A stretch of DNA of 43,589 bases from an uncultured bacterium (GTDB taxonomy: Bacteria > CAYUVA01). This document shows positions 18,830 through 28,428 of this stretch, piece after piece. Positions within the stretch are counted from its first letter, which is position 1, and every line of letters starts with the position of its first letter. Below the pieces are notes generated by a model that saw nothing but the letters and a program-made list of their open reading frames with translations, made no database searches and was not told the origin of the DNA. The DNA is taken from positions 1 through 43,589 of the forward strand of contig CAYUVA010000040.1 of the NCBI GenBank assembly GCA_964448115.1. Reading direction: 5' to 3'. The translations under genes and the position numbers were made by a program.

Positions 18830-19627
18830 ATGGCTGCAAAAAAGACCATATTCATAGCCGATGTCCACCTAAGGGGGATAAATGACCCTCGCCAGGATCT
18901 GCTGGTAGCGTTCTTGAGCCAAGAGATGCCAACCTTGTCTCATCTTGTGATCGTTGGAGACCTTTTCGACTACTGGTACGGATACAGGACGGTTGTTTAC
19001 TGGGAGTATCTGCCCATACTTAATTGCCTATTAAGGCTGCGTGAAGCAGGGATTAAGATTACTTATTTTGTAGGCAATCATGACTTCCGATTAGGCGCCT
19101 TTTTTTCTGAATATCTAAGGTGTGATATTTACCTTAAGCCCTCATTCATTGAAATCGAGGGAAAGCGCGTTTTTATTACTCATGGCGATGAGATCAACAA
19201 GCGTTACGATTGGGGTTATGCGGTGCTTTATGCATTATTGCGCAACCGAATGGTGCAAGGGGTACTCTCCCTGATCCCACCAGACTGGGGATGGAAACTC
19301 GCCATGCATGGTGCGACAGCGAGTCGAAATTTCACCAAGGATAAGCCAAAGCCGAGTAAAGAAACCCTTTTGAGTTACCTTAAAGATAAGATAGATGAAG
19401 GAGCCGATGTCGTTATCGCTGCCCATAGCCATCAGCCTTTGATCCTCAGCGAAGGGGATTATACCCTGTTCAACCTCGGCGATTTCATTAAGAACTTCGT
19501 TTATCTAAAGCACCAAGATGGCCAATTCGTCCTTCGGCAAGTCAACAAGGAGCTTCTCAGCCAGTATTGTCCAGGCTTGGTGGAAACACTAGTTAGCCTC
19601 TCGGAATTGGATTTAATTGATCGTTGA
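18830..19627 (+). CDS. lpxH: UDP-2,3-diacylglucosamine diphosphatase-like metallophosphoesterase
   Basis: FIADVHL, VGDLFDYW, VGNHDF, THGD, AHSH, NLGDF. Confidence 0.8.
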   Translation: MAAKKTIFIADVHLRGINDPRQDLLVAFLSQEMPTLSHLVIVGDLFDYWYGYRTVVYWEYLPILNCLLRLREAGIKITYFVGNHDFRLGAFFSEYLRCDIYLKPSFIEIEGKRVFITHGDEINKRYDWGYAVLYALLRNRMVQGVLSLIPPDWGWKLAMHGATASRNFTKDKPKPSKETLLSYLKDKIDEGADVVIAAHSHQPLILSEGDYTLFNLGDFIKNFVYLKHQDGQFVLRQVNKELLSQYCPGLVETLVSLSELDLIDR

Positions 19628-19746
19628 TTTAAGTTCTTCAAGTATCTATAATACCCTCTTGAATGTTTGCCATTAGAGTTGTTTGACAACAAGGGATGAT
19701 TTAACTACAGTAATTATAAGGAAAAACAGGAAAAGAGCCGTAATAG

Positions 19747-22572
19747 ATGAGGGTAGAGCCGATGACTTCATCAAGAGGGTTACTCAGCATAACTATATTA
19801 CTTTTTTGCCTTTTCATGGTGGTCTTGCCGGGGCTGGCAACGCCACAATTCAGCGAATACCAAAGGGTTGTCAATGGTGGCGAGGTAATCGATAGAGCAC
19901 TCAACTGCGAGCGGTACCTGTTGCCGGGAAACGAGGTGGTTACTATCCTTACTGCCGGAGTAACCAATTACCTGGGAGATGATGGGAACTACCATCCAAT
20001 CGACACCACGATACTCAGCAACAATAGCCCCGATAGGGATGCGTACCCATATATCAACCTGAGCAACTATTTCGCTACCAGGTTTCCAGCCTCGATGAGC
20101 GAGAGATACCCCATTCGTATTGAGAGCGAGGCAGCGCGATTCACCTTAGTTCCTGAAACTATCACAGCCGGAGACAGGGAGCTATTTAATATCAGCGATA
20201 AGAGATTCAGTCTCCGCGTCTTTAGCCCAATCGACAACAGGATAAGGTATTCAAGCGCTGATAGGGGATTGACCCTGGAATTTGTCATGAAGCCAGGCGC
20301 TATTAAAGTGATTGTTAGCCTTGATCTCGATGTTCTTGGCGATTCGATAATGCAGCAAGTCAAAGAAAAAGGTATCGATATCCAGTGGTATGCTGAATTC
20401 CATACACCGATGGATTACAGCAGCGGCTTGGATACGGTGGATAATACGGCATATTACCCGGTGCGTATTCAGGATAAACTCAAGGGACATGGCATCCTGT
20501 TCACCCCCCAGAAGTTCGACTATAACGGCTTTGAGGGGGTAGTTCCCTTAAGAAGACTGCAAATTAAGGAACCACGGCTAATACTGCGCTCCACCATACC
20601 GGCTAGCATGATCAAAGGGAAAGATTCCAAATTGGGTAATACTCTGGAGAATGTCTATACCATGTACACCGATGCTGGTGGTGATACGGGTTACATACAG
20701 AATATCGGTGGTGCCACGCCGACCTGGATCATGAGCACCTATGCTGATGTAAAATGTGGCAACAATGATAACTATCGAGGATTTATAAAATGGAACACAG
20801 CTCCTGTGCCCGATGACTGGGCTAGCGAGCCTGGTATGTGCGACAACATGGAGATCACCCTATATGTTGCCTATCTATACAACTCAAATCCTCACAAGCA
20901 TTACCTACAGTCTATGTGGTGCAATCCACCTGGTTTGGGCGGAGATTGGTGGTACGACTGTCTTGAGGATGATGGCTTGAATCCACGAGTGGGCACTATG
21001 ACCGCCTCTGGCGTTGGCTCATTCTTGAGCAAGGATCTGGCTCAACCGATCTCATGCGACATGATGGAGGGAAGGTTATATAGCGATTGGTATGCTCTCG
21101 GATTGAAGACCTACGAGGGTCAAGGCGGGACGCATGTCTTCTACGCAGGTAATGGTAACGAGACCCCGGCAGCGGAGCCGCCCAAGCTGGTGGTAATGCA
21201 TTATACGCCCACGAATACGCCGGTTCCGACCGAATCGTGGACGCCTACAGAGACCCCGACCTACACGCCAACTGCAACCGATACTCAGACGCCGACCATC
21301 ACGCAGACACCGACCATCACGCAGACACCGACCTCCTCACCGACACCGACCGGAACTCCGACCCACACGCCAACCCATACCCCAACATATTCCCCGACCA
21401 GCACTGCCACCGGTACCCCGACAGCAACCTTCACCCCGGCAGGGGTACCGCAGATAGATCCCTTGCCGGCATGTCATGCTGGCACTAGCGTTTACATCTC
21501 ATGGAGCGATGAATCGCAAAGCGGCGCCGACAAATACGAGGCGCAGACCGATGATGATCCTGCCTTTGGTAGCATAGACGGGTACAGCGGTGTCATCAGG
21601 CGCACCTGGCATCGCTTCCATGACTTGAGGGATCAATATACTTACTACTTCAGGGTAAGATCGATAAATGACGAGGAGAAATCGACTGGTAAGAGCCCCA
21701 GCGCCTGGTCAACGCCCGCCTTTACGGTCATGGATAACGCCCCGCCCTATAGCGAGGTTGACTGCCAGGCTCTGGAGCCGCTTTACCAGGTGCGGGATTT
21801 CCCAATCTATTGGTTCGCTACCGATGATACATGCGGAGTGCAGGGTGTAGAGCTTTACTACAACAATGAGGGGACTGGCTGGTACAAGTATGGTGGTCTG
21901 TTCACTGTAAATCCGATCATGTTCTACAGCGTTTATAACGGGGAATATCAGTTCTATACAGTTAGTCTCGATGTGGTTGACAACCGGGAGGATTATCCGG
22001 TTGCGCCAGATTGTTCATGTTATGTCCAGGCTGATACCCCCACCGCCTCGCCGACTGCCACGCCCACCTTCACGCCGACAAATAGCCCCATCTACTCGCC
22101 GACCAATACCCCGACGCCCAGCTTCACGCCGACATTGACAGTAACCCCTACAGGAATGAACACCTTTACGCCAACATTCACTCCCACAGTACATAAAACC
22201 GCAACGCCGACGGCGACAGCTAGTCCGACTATGAATCCAGCCAACCGTCCAGCTATTTGGCTCGGCGGTTACTGGGATACAAACCTGCTCGGTACTATCG
22301 GTGGAATACTTAAGATCCAAGCTTTCGTAACCGATCCCCAGGGCGCTATGGATATTGACAAGGTTGAGATATTCTTCGATGGCGCTGGAACTGATATAGA
22401 GCTAAACGATAATGGCGTCAACGGAGACTTCATGCCTGGCGACAGCCTTTATGGCTTGCAGATAACAATTCCTCCTGGAACGCCGGCTTTGAGCGCCAGA
22501 TTGGACATTTACGCCTTTGATCTCGATGGAAATCCATCGCTTATGTGGCCCATGCTAAATGTAGAGGAATAA
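19747..22572 (+). CDS. Large secreted modular protein with two PT linkers, an FN3-like domain and the shared C-terminal GYWD/WPxL domain
   Basis: Signal peptide; PT-rich stretches; FN3-like WSDES...YYFRVR; C-terminus [12 protein letters not shown]...LNDNGVNGD...WPMLNVEE. Confidence 0.85.
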   Translation: MRVEPMTSSRGLLSITILLFCLFMVVLPGLATPQFSEYQRVVNGGEVIDRALNCERYLLPGNEVVTILTAGVTNYLGDDGNYHPIDTTILSNNSPDRDAYPYINLSNYFATRFPASMSERYPIRIESEAARFTLVPETITAGDRELFNISDKRFSLRVFSPIDNRIRYSSADRGLTLEFVMKPGAIKVIVSLDLDVLGDSIMQQVKEKGIDIQWYAEFHTPMDYSSGLDTVDNTAYYPVRIQDKLKGHGILFTPQKFDYNGFEGVVPLRRLQIKEPRLILRSTIPASMIKGKDSKLGNTLENVYTMYTDAGGDTGYIQNIGGATPTWIMSTYADVKCGNNDNYRGFIKWNTAPVPDDWASEPGMCDNMEITLYVAYLYNSNPHKHYLQSMWCNPPGLGGDWWYDCLEDDGLNPRVGTMTASGVGSFLSKDLAQPISCDMMEGRLYSDWYALGLKTYEGQGGTHVFYAGNGNETPAAEPPKLVVMHYTPTNTPVPTESWTPTETPTYTPTATDTQTPTITQTPTITQTPTSSPTPTGTPTHTPTHTPTYSPTSTATGTPTATFTPAGVPQIDPLPACHAGTSVYISWSDESQSGADKYEAQTDDDPAFGSIDGYSGVIRRTWHRFHDLRDQYTYYFRVRSINDEEKSTGKSPSAWSTPAFTVMDNAPPYSEVDCQALEPLYQVRDFPIYWFATDDTCGVQGVELYYNNEGTGWYKYGGLFTVNPIMFYSVYNGEYQFYTVSLDVVDNREDYPVAPDCSCYVQADTPTASPTATPTFTPTNSPIYSPTNTPTPSFTPTLTVTPTGMNTFTPTFTPTVHKTATPTATASPTMNPANRPAIWLGGYWDTNLLGTIGGILKIQAFVTDPQGAMDIDKVEIFFDGAGTDIELNDNGVNGDFMPGDSLYGLQITIPPGTPALSARLDIYAFDLDGNPSLMWPMLNVEE
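21283..21333 (+). repeat. 18-bp in-frame tandem repeat (TQTPTI x~3) within a PT linker
   Basis: ACTCAGACGCCGACCATC ACGCAGACACCGACCATC ACGCAGACACCGACC. Confidence 0.85.
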
Positions 22573-22750
22573 AGCCGATCGTATGTGCTACCAGGAGATG
22601 CATTGATCTTGAGCCTTGTAGAGGATGATAAAATGAGATCAATTAAGGTATGCTCTTTGCATATTAAACAGGAGTAGAAAAAGATAGTTGACATAAGATA
22701 AAACAAAAATAATCTATTCATAAAAACTATAAAGAAAGCGCTTTATTGAC

Positions 22751-23545
22751 ATGAAGGTCGGTTATCTCCAGTATGCTCCCCAGTTTGGGGAGATTAAAAA
22801 CAATCTTAAGAAGGTTAAGGATCTACTTTATCCACACAAGGACGCCTTTATCGTTCTTCCGGAGCTTTTCGCCACCGGGTACCAGTTCAGGGACAAGAAG
22901 GAAGCTAAATCATTAGCCGAGTCTATCTCCGGCGGCTTGACCATCCGCTTCTTGGTCGAGATGGCTAAGCGAAGAAACTGTTATTATGTTGGCTCGCTAC
23001 CGGAAATCGAGAAGGATAAGCTGTTCATCTCTGCTGTTTTAGTCGGTCCGAAAGGTTTAATAGGCAAGTATCGCAAATCACACTTGTTCATGAGAGAAAA
23101 GGATATCTTCACCCCTGGAGATAGCGGTTTTTCAGTATTTGAAGCTAACGGCTTAAAGGTAGGTATGTTGATCTGCTTTGATTGGATCTTCCCGGAGGCG
23201 ACAAGGACTTTGGCTTTAGCTGGAGCGCATCTCATCGCCCACCCCTCCAATCTAATATTGCCGTACTGCCAGGATGCCATGATTACCAGAAGTATCGAGA
23301 ATCGGATATATACGATAACTGCCAACCGCACTGGCAAAGAGACTAGGATAGAAGGACAGGAGCTTGCCTTCACCGGAAGAAGCCAGGTAACCTCGCCTAA
23401 TGGTAGCCTGCTAGCAGCCTCCAAGAAGGATGCCGAGGAGGTTATCCTGGTAAAGATAGATCCCCAGGAAGCTGCCAACAAGCAGATTACAGGCAACAAC
23501 AATATAATAGAGGATCGTCGAGCTGACCTTTACAAGCTCAAATAA
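22751..23545 (+). CDS. Carbon-nitrogen hydrolase (nitrilase superfamily)
   Basis: Glu-Lys-Cys triad motifs VLPELF, YRKSHLF, ICFDW; ANRTG.E, FTGRSQ. Confidence 0.93.
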   Translation: MKVGYLQYAPQFGEIKNNLKKVKDLLYPHKDAFIVLPELFATGYQFRDKKEAKSLAESISGGLTIRFLVEMAKRRNCYYVGSLPEIEKDKLFISAVLVGPKGLIGKYRKSHLFMREKDIFTPGDSGFSVFEANGLKVGMLICFDWIFPEATRTLALAGAHLIAHPSNLILPYCQDAMITRSIENRIYTITANRTGKETRIEGQELAFTGRSQVTSPNGSLLAASKKDAEEVILVKIDPQEAANKQITGNNNIIEDRRADLYKLK

Positions 23546-23546
23546 G

Positions 23547-23635
23547 TATGTGGTTTATTGGTGTATTAGCAAGAATTCCAAGTTAAAGAACAACAACCAA
23601 ACCCCATACACTAAATACTAAATGCTAATGACTAA
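23547..23635. repeat. Intergenic imperfect inverted repeat plus heptamer repeats
   Basis: GTATGTGGTTTATTGGT pairs imperfectly with ACCAAAACCCCATAC, followed by ACACTAA ATACTAA ATGCTAA TGACTAA. Confidence 0.55.
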
Positions 23636-23648
23636 AGATCCTTGAACC

Positions 23649-24983
23649 ATGTATGAGCCTTCATATTACCTGAGAAAGCTGCGCCAGTTCCTGAGCAAGG
23701 ATGTCTGGCGTCTTGAGGTCGGTGGTATCCCGCACTTTCTGATCACCAGGCTGAGGCTATTTATCATTGCCTGGAACAAGTTCAACGAGGATCGCTGTAC
23801 CTTGCGAGCCTCGGCATTGACCTATCTTACCTTGCTCCAGGTCGTTCCTATTGTTGCGGTATCATTTTCACTATTCAAGGCATTCGGTGGACTGGAGAAG
23901 ATCGAGTCCAAGATAAAGCCATTAATCCTCGACAATCTGACCCCAGGAAGCGGTGAGATTGTCGTTCGCTACATCGAGCAGTTCAGCGAGAACATACATG
24001 CCGGTGCTATAGGCATAGTCGGTTTTTGCTTCTTGATCCTCTTTGCGATCTTCATGTTGGGCAACATAGAGAACTCACTGAATGAGCTTTGGGGGGTAAC
24101 TAAAAGCAGGTCTTTCTTCAAGAAGATAGCCATATACTGGACGATCATGACCATCTCACCGCTGTTCATAGCAGGAAGCCTGACCTTGACCACCTATCTT
24201 CAATCCCCGGCGGTTGTGCAGAAGATCTTAGAGCTACCTTATGTTCGGGAGCTTTTGTTTTTTATTATACCTTTAGTTCTTACCTGGGCAGCCTTTACAC
24301 TGATCTACTACTTCATGCCCAATACCAGCGTAAGCATTGTGGCTGCATTGGAAGGGGGCATCATAGCGGGCACACTCTGGGAGGCTGCTAAGTGGGGCTA
24401 TACGCTCTATAATGCCAAGGTCGTAACCTATAGCAAGATATATGGCTCATTAGGGGCGATACCTATCTTCTTGATATGGATATTTCTTACCTGGGTCATT
24501 GTGCTATTAGGTGCGGAGGTGAGTGTTGCCGAGCAGAACCTCAAGGTTATCTCTCGCGAGATGCTCTTACCTAATCCAAGCCACGCATTACGGGAATTTG
24601 TTACCCTTCGAGTCGCCATGGAGATAGGGGAGAACTTCCTTTCTGGCAAGCAACCTGCTAGCATCCCCGAGATCGCTGAGAAACTTGGCATCACCCCGAA
24701 GCTGGTGGAGGAATCGATTGAGCTGCTGGAGGGAAAGCAGCTTGTTCAAAGGATTGATAGCGTCGCAGCCAAACGCTTTTCGCCTGCCAGACCGCTGGAG
24801 GATATTAAAATAAGAGATATCCTCGACATTGTTCGTTACCATGGCAATACCGTGTTCGAGCTGCACGAGGGAATTGAGAACCAGGCGGTAAAGGATCTAT
24901 TTCGAAGGCTAGAGGACACCAGGATTGAAGCGCTGAACGACTTGACCCTGCGTGATCTCATATTAATGACCAACCAAGATTGA
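23649..24983 (+). CDS. YihY/BrkB family inner-membrane protein with C-terminal Rrf2-like winged helix
   Basis: RASALTYLTLL, IENSLNELWGV, YYFMPN, IYGSLGAIPIFLIWIFLTWVIVLLGAE; HTH-like SIPEIAEKLGIT...PARPLEDI. Confidence 0.9.
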   Translation: MYEPSYYLRKLRQFLSKDVWRLEVGGIPHFLITRLRLFIIAWNKFNEDRCTLRASALTYLTLLQVVPIVAVSFSLFKAFGGLEKIESKIKPLILDNLTPGSGEIVVRYIEQFSENIHAGAIGIVGFCFLILFAIFMLGNIENSLNELWGVTKSRSFFKKIAIYWTIMTISPLFIAGSLTLTTYLQSPAVVQKILELPYVRELLFFIIPLVLTWAAFTLIYYFMPNTSVSIVAALEGGIIAGTLWEAAKWGYTLYNAKVVTYSKIYGSLGAIPIFLIWIFLTWVIVLLGAEVSVAEQNLKVISREMLLPNPSHALREFVTLRVAMEIGENFLSGKQPASIPEIAEKLGITPKLVEESIELLEGKQLVQRIDSVAAKRFSPARPLEDIKIRDILDIVRYHGNTVFELHEGIENQAVKDLFRRLEDTRIEALNDLTLRDLILMTNQD

Positions 24984-25077
24984 GCAAGAGACGACAGGAT
25001 TCTCAAACCCTGTAGTTGAGTATTTCATTCACCGCTTTTGGCATGCATGGTAAGTCTTTTGAACATGGATAGCTAAC

Positions 25078-26829
25078 TTGATATTATCCCTTTTCGGGAT
25101 GAGACCATCTGAAAGCCTAAAACAAGGCGCAGTTATTATCTCGATATCTGTGATTCTCCTGGCGGTATCGGTTAACTCTAATGCTCTTGTTGCAGGCAAG
25201 AGGATCGATGGGAAGACAAAAGCTATCATTGAAAGCGGTGGAGAAGTCTATCTTTGGTGCAAACCAATAAGGGGTGATGGCTATATGAGCCTTACTCGCC
25301 GATATTGTGCTAGCGAAGATCGTTGGCGTGAGATTTATCGAATAAATAGCCGTAAAACCCTTAAAACTGATCGCTGGACATTGATACCATATCGCCTCCT
25401 TTCTATAAAATGGCGGAAAAAGTGCATTCAGGCATTATTTCCCGATGATAAGTTCAAGGGGAGCTATTGGATGCATAAGATAACCTATGGTTTCGAGATT
25501 CAAAAAGGAGGTATTGAGGAAATATCGAAGATCTTCACTGGCAGTGAAGATAAAGGCCGTGCCATACTTCGATATACAGGCATCTCTTATGGCGATATGA
25601 GAATGGGGGGCTATATCAAGATACCAGCGGAAATGCTCCGTGATGAGCTTCAAGATTCTATATTCGATGATTCCCCGCCCCCGACGATGACTCCTCATCC
25701 CTTGCAATCCGAGCTTGAATACGGACAGGATGAGCATGGAAAGTACGCCATCTATCGCCTGAAGAAGGGTGAAGCGCTTTACTCCAGCGTTGTGATCCGT
25801 TTCACTGGCAGAGTCTATGCCGAAGAGGTAAACGATCTGGCAGCCAAGATAGCTAAAAGAAATAAAATAAAGGATGTAACCGGTATCCCAGTCGGCTTCC
25901 CGGTAAAGATCCCCTTCGATTATCTGTTGCCTGAGTTTTTTCCCCCTGGCGCTCCCCAGAGGGAGGCGTTCGAGAAACACAGATCGGAAGTGGAGCAGTT
26001 CAAACTATCTGAATCCGCCCATAACCTTGAGGGTGTCTATGTTATAATAGACCCAGGACACGGCGGAGTTGACACCGGGGCATTGCGGGGAAGAATAACC
26101 GAGCATGAGTACTGTTATGATATTGCATGCCGCTTAAAGGCTGCACTAGAGCGTAACACCAAGGCGACCGTTATAATGACCATGCGCGATAAGGGGCATG
26201 GATATACCCCTCGCGACCTGAGATATCTACCTAGGGACCGCAATGAGCTGGTATTGACCAGACCCAACTACCAGCCGACCGATGCCAGGATCTCCACCCA
26301 CCTCCGCTGGATGATCGCAAATTACCATTGCCAAAGGCTGGAGAAAAAGACCTCCATCGATAAGATCGTATTCTTAAGCATCCATGCCGATTCGCTGCAT
26401 CCAGGGGTGAGGGGAACCATGTTCTATGTACCAGACGCAAAGATGATACCACTGAAATTTACTGCTAGAAGAAGTATCTTTTCTAATTTCACAGAAAGCA
26501 GGGAACAACGAAGGTTTCGTACTACCAGGTGGAGATCCAATTACTCCGAGGGATTGAGCAGGAACCTGGCTGAGACATCACTTGGTGTTATAAAAACTAA
26601 AGGAATTCCAGTACATCAAGAACAGCCGATTAGGGATAAGATCTATCGAGGGAGAGCATTCGTCCCCGCGGTACTCAGGTACAATCGAATACCGACCAAG
26701 ATGCTGATCGAGGTTTTGAATATGAATAATAGTCAAGATCTTGAACTTTTACAGGATGCGGGCTTCAGGCAACGATTCGCAGAGGCGATCGCGGAATCTC
26801 TAACCATCTACTACGGAAACAGAAGATGA
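25078..26829 (+). CDS. N-acetylmuramoyl-L-alanine amidase (Amidase_3) with long N-terminal region
   Basis: IIDPGHGGVDTGA, TEHE, FLSIHADS, AVLR, MLIEV; N-terminal hydrophobic segment. Exact start codon uncertain. Confidence 0.9.
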   Translation: MILSLFGMRPSESLKQGAVIISISVILLAVSVNSNALVAGKRIDGKTKAIIESGGEVYLWCKPIRGDGYMSLTRRYCASEDRWREIYRINSRKTLKTDRWTLIPYRLLSIKWRKKCIQALFPDDKFKGSYWMHKITYGFEIQKGGIEEISKIFTGSEDKGRAILRYTGISYGDMRMGGYIKIPAEMLRDELQDSIFDDSPPPTMTPHPLQSELEYGQDEHGKYAIYRLKKGEALYSSVVIRFTGRVYAEEVNDLAAKIAKRNKIKDVTGIPVGFPVKIPFDYLLPEFFPPGAPQREAFEKHRSEVEQFKLSESAHNLEGVYVIIDPGHGGVDTGALRGRITEHEYCYDIACRLKAALERNTKATVIMTMRDKGHGYTPRDLRYLPRDRNELVLTRPNYQPTDARISTHLRWMIANYHCQRLEKKTSIDKIVFLSIHADSLHPGVRGTMFYVPDAKMIPLKFTARRSIFSNFTESREQRRFRTTRWRSNYSEGLSRNLAETSLGVIKTKGIPVHQEQPIRDKIYRGRAFVPAVLRYNRIPTKMLIEVLNMNNSQDLELLQDAGFRQRFAEAIAESLTIYYGNRR

Positions 26830-27713
26830 TTAGCCAGATAATGAGGGTTTTAAGGTATTTATTTCTAGTTATTGTATTGGGATTTCTGATGACCTGGCTG
26901 GTAGTTAACCCGTTTAGAGCCGATGCGATGGTGAAAGAAGCAATTATTCTAAGTAATGATGGCAGGCTGCTAGAATCGATAATGCTCCTGAAAAAGGCAA
27001 CCAAGGTCGATCCCTTTAACGGCAAGGCTTTTGAGCTTTGCGGAGCTCTATACTCCCGTATCCATGAGTCAAAGATATCACTTGAGTCCTCATTCGTTAC
27101 GCTTGCCAATACATTTTTCAATGCGCAGATCCAAGTATCTACCCCCCCGGACAGTCTTATTGATAGCCTAACAAGATCGAACGAATACCTTGTCAAAAGC
27201 CTGCGATTAAGAAGAAACTACGATGTTTACAGGATACTTGCTCGCAACCATCTTGTGATAGACCAACCAATGAAAGCAAAAAAATACGCTGATCATTATC
27301 TTTACTATTATCCAAAGGATCCCAAGAAGGATTATAACCTTATACGATGCTCTTATTCACGGGCAGGAAATGAGCTTTATCGAATGGGCAGGAAAGATCA
27401 TGCGCTTACCATATTCCAGCAGGGAGCAAAGCTGCCGGGATGGGACGCAGAATGCGAGCTGGCAATAGCCTCCCATCACCTTGCTATTGGGCAAATGGAT
27501 AATGCTAGACTAGCATTAGCAAAGGCGGAAAAAGCGCATAACATCAAGGATCACCCCGATACCTATGCATACACGCTTTACTTAAAGGCAATGCTTGCAA
27601 GGGCATCAGAAGATCTGAGTGGCTATGAAAAAAATATCATTAAGGCAGCAAATGTTGCCAGGGACAACATTGTTTTCCAATATCTTCATAGCCAACTGCA
27701 AGATCTCAACTAG
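26826..27713 (+). CDS. Membrane-anchored TPR-like helical repeat protein
   Basis: N-terminal TM helix; TPR-like segments (KKATKVDPFNGKAF, AGNELYRMGRKDHAL); ATGA overlap with the amidase stop. Confidence 0.65.
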   Translation: MISQIMRVLRYLFLVIVLGFLMTWLVVNPFRADAMVKEAIILSNDGRLLESIMLLKKATKVDPFNGKAFELCGALYSRIHESKISLESSFVTLANTFFNAQIQVSTPPDSLIDSLTRSNEYLVKSLRLRRNYDVYRILARNHLVIDQPMKAKKYADHYLYYYPKDPKKDYNLIRCSYSRAGNELYRMGRKDHALTIFQQGAKLPGWDAECELAIASHHLAIGQMDNARLALAKAEKAHNIKDHPDTYAYTLYLKAMLARASEDLSGYEKNIIKAANVARDNIVFQYLHSQLQDLN

Positions 27714-27722
27714 GTTGAGGAT

Positions 27723-27750
27723 TTGCCTTTTTTCAAAAATGTACTATATT
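27723..27750 (+). promoter_or_regulatory. Putative sigma70 promoter of the DUF151 gene
   Basis: TTGCCT-16 nt-TATATT in an AT-rich intergenic region. Confidence 0.35.
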
Positions 27751-27800
27751 TAATATAGAAACCTACTTGAGTTAGGCTGGAAAACAAGGACAATTAGGAT

Positions 27801-28286
27801 ATGAGAAAACAGATGATCGTTTACAATCTGACCCTTGACCCGATAACCAATATGCCGGTGATCATCCTGAAGGACAGGGATGGCGATACCAGGCTGCCGA
27901 TATGGGTTGGAATAAACGAGGCTAATGCTATCCTGCTGAAGCTAGAAAATATCCCCTCCCCAAGACCGATGACACACGACTTGCTTAAGAATGTTATCTA
28001 TAACTTAAAGGCTACTGTCGAGAAGATTGTCGTAAACGACCTGGTGGATAACACATTCTACGCCGAGATTTACCTTACCATCAACGGAAAACAAACCAAG
28101 ATCGATGCGCGACCCAGCGATGCCATCGCACTGGCTTTGAGAGCTGATGCACCTATCTTCGTGGAGGACGAGGTAGTCCGTAAATCGCAGGTGATGGCTG
28201 ATGAAGGGGAATGGCCAGACCAAGAGAAGCTGAAAAACTGGCTGGATAAGCTAAAGCCCGAAGATTTCGGCAAATACGAGATGTAA
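27801..28286 (+). CDS. Bifunctional nuclease family (DUF151) protein
   Basis: LPIWVG..EA.AI, PRPMTHDL, FYAEI, IDARPSDAIALALR. Confidence 0.95.
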   Translation: MRKQMIVYNLTLDPITNMPVIILKDRDGDTRLPIWVGINEANAILLKLENIPSPRPMTHDLLKNVIYNLKATVEKIVVNDLVDNTFYAEIYLTINGKQTKIDARPSDAIALALRADAPIFVEDEVVRKSQVMADEGEWPDQEKLKNWLDKLKPEDFGKYEM

Positions 28287-28428
28287 CCGGTTGGCATGCA
28301 TAATAGCTAGGCGTAACATCAATCAGGTTAAGGTCAAACTACCCAAAGGAGATGCCTGTAGTATTGTCCATCCAAGCACAAGAGCCCTATGCCGCCAATC
28401 CTGTTAAGATCTGGATTGTTCACGCTGT

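Noticed and set aside
28290-28428. Possible ncRNA or riboswitch between convergent genes
   Set aside because: Only short stems (ACTAC/GTAGT, AATCC/GGATT) and no recognisable family motif. A position between two 3' ends does not suit a riboswitch.
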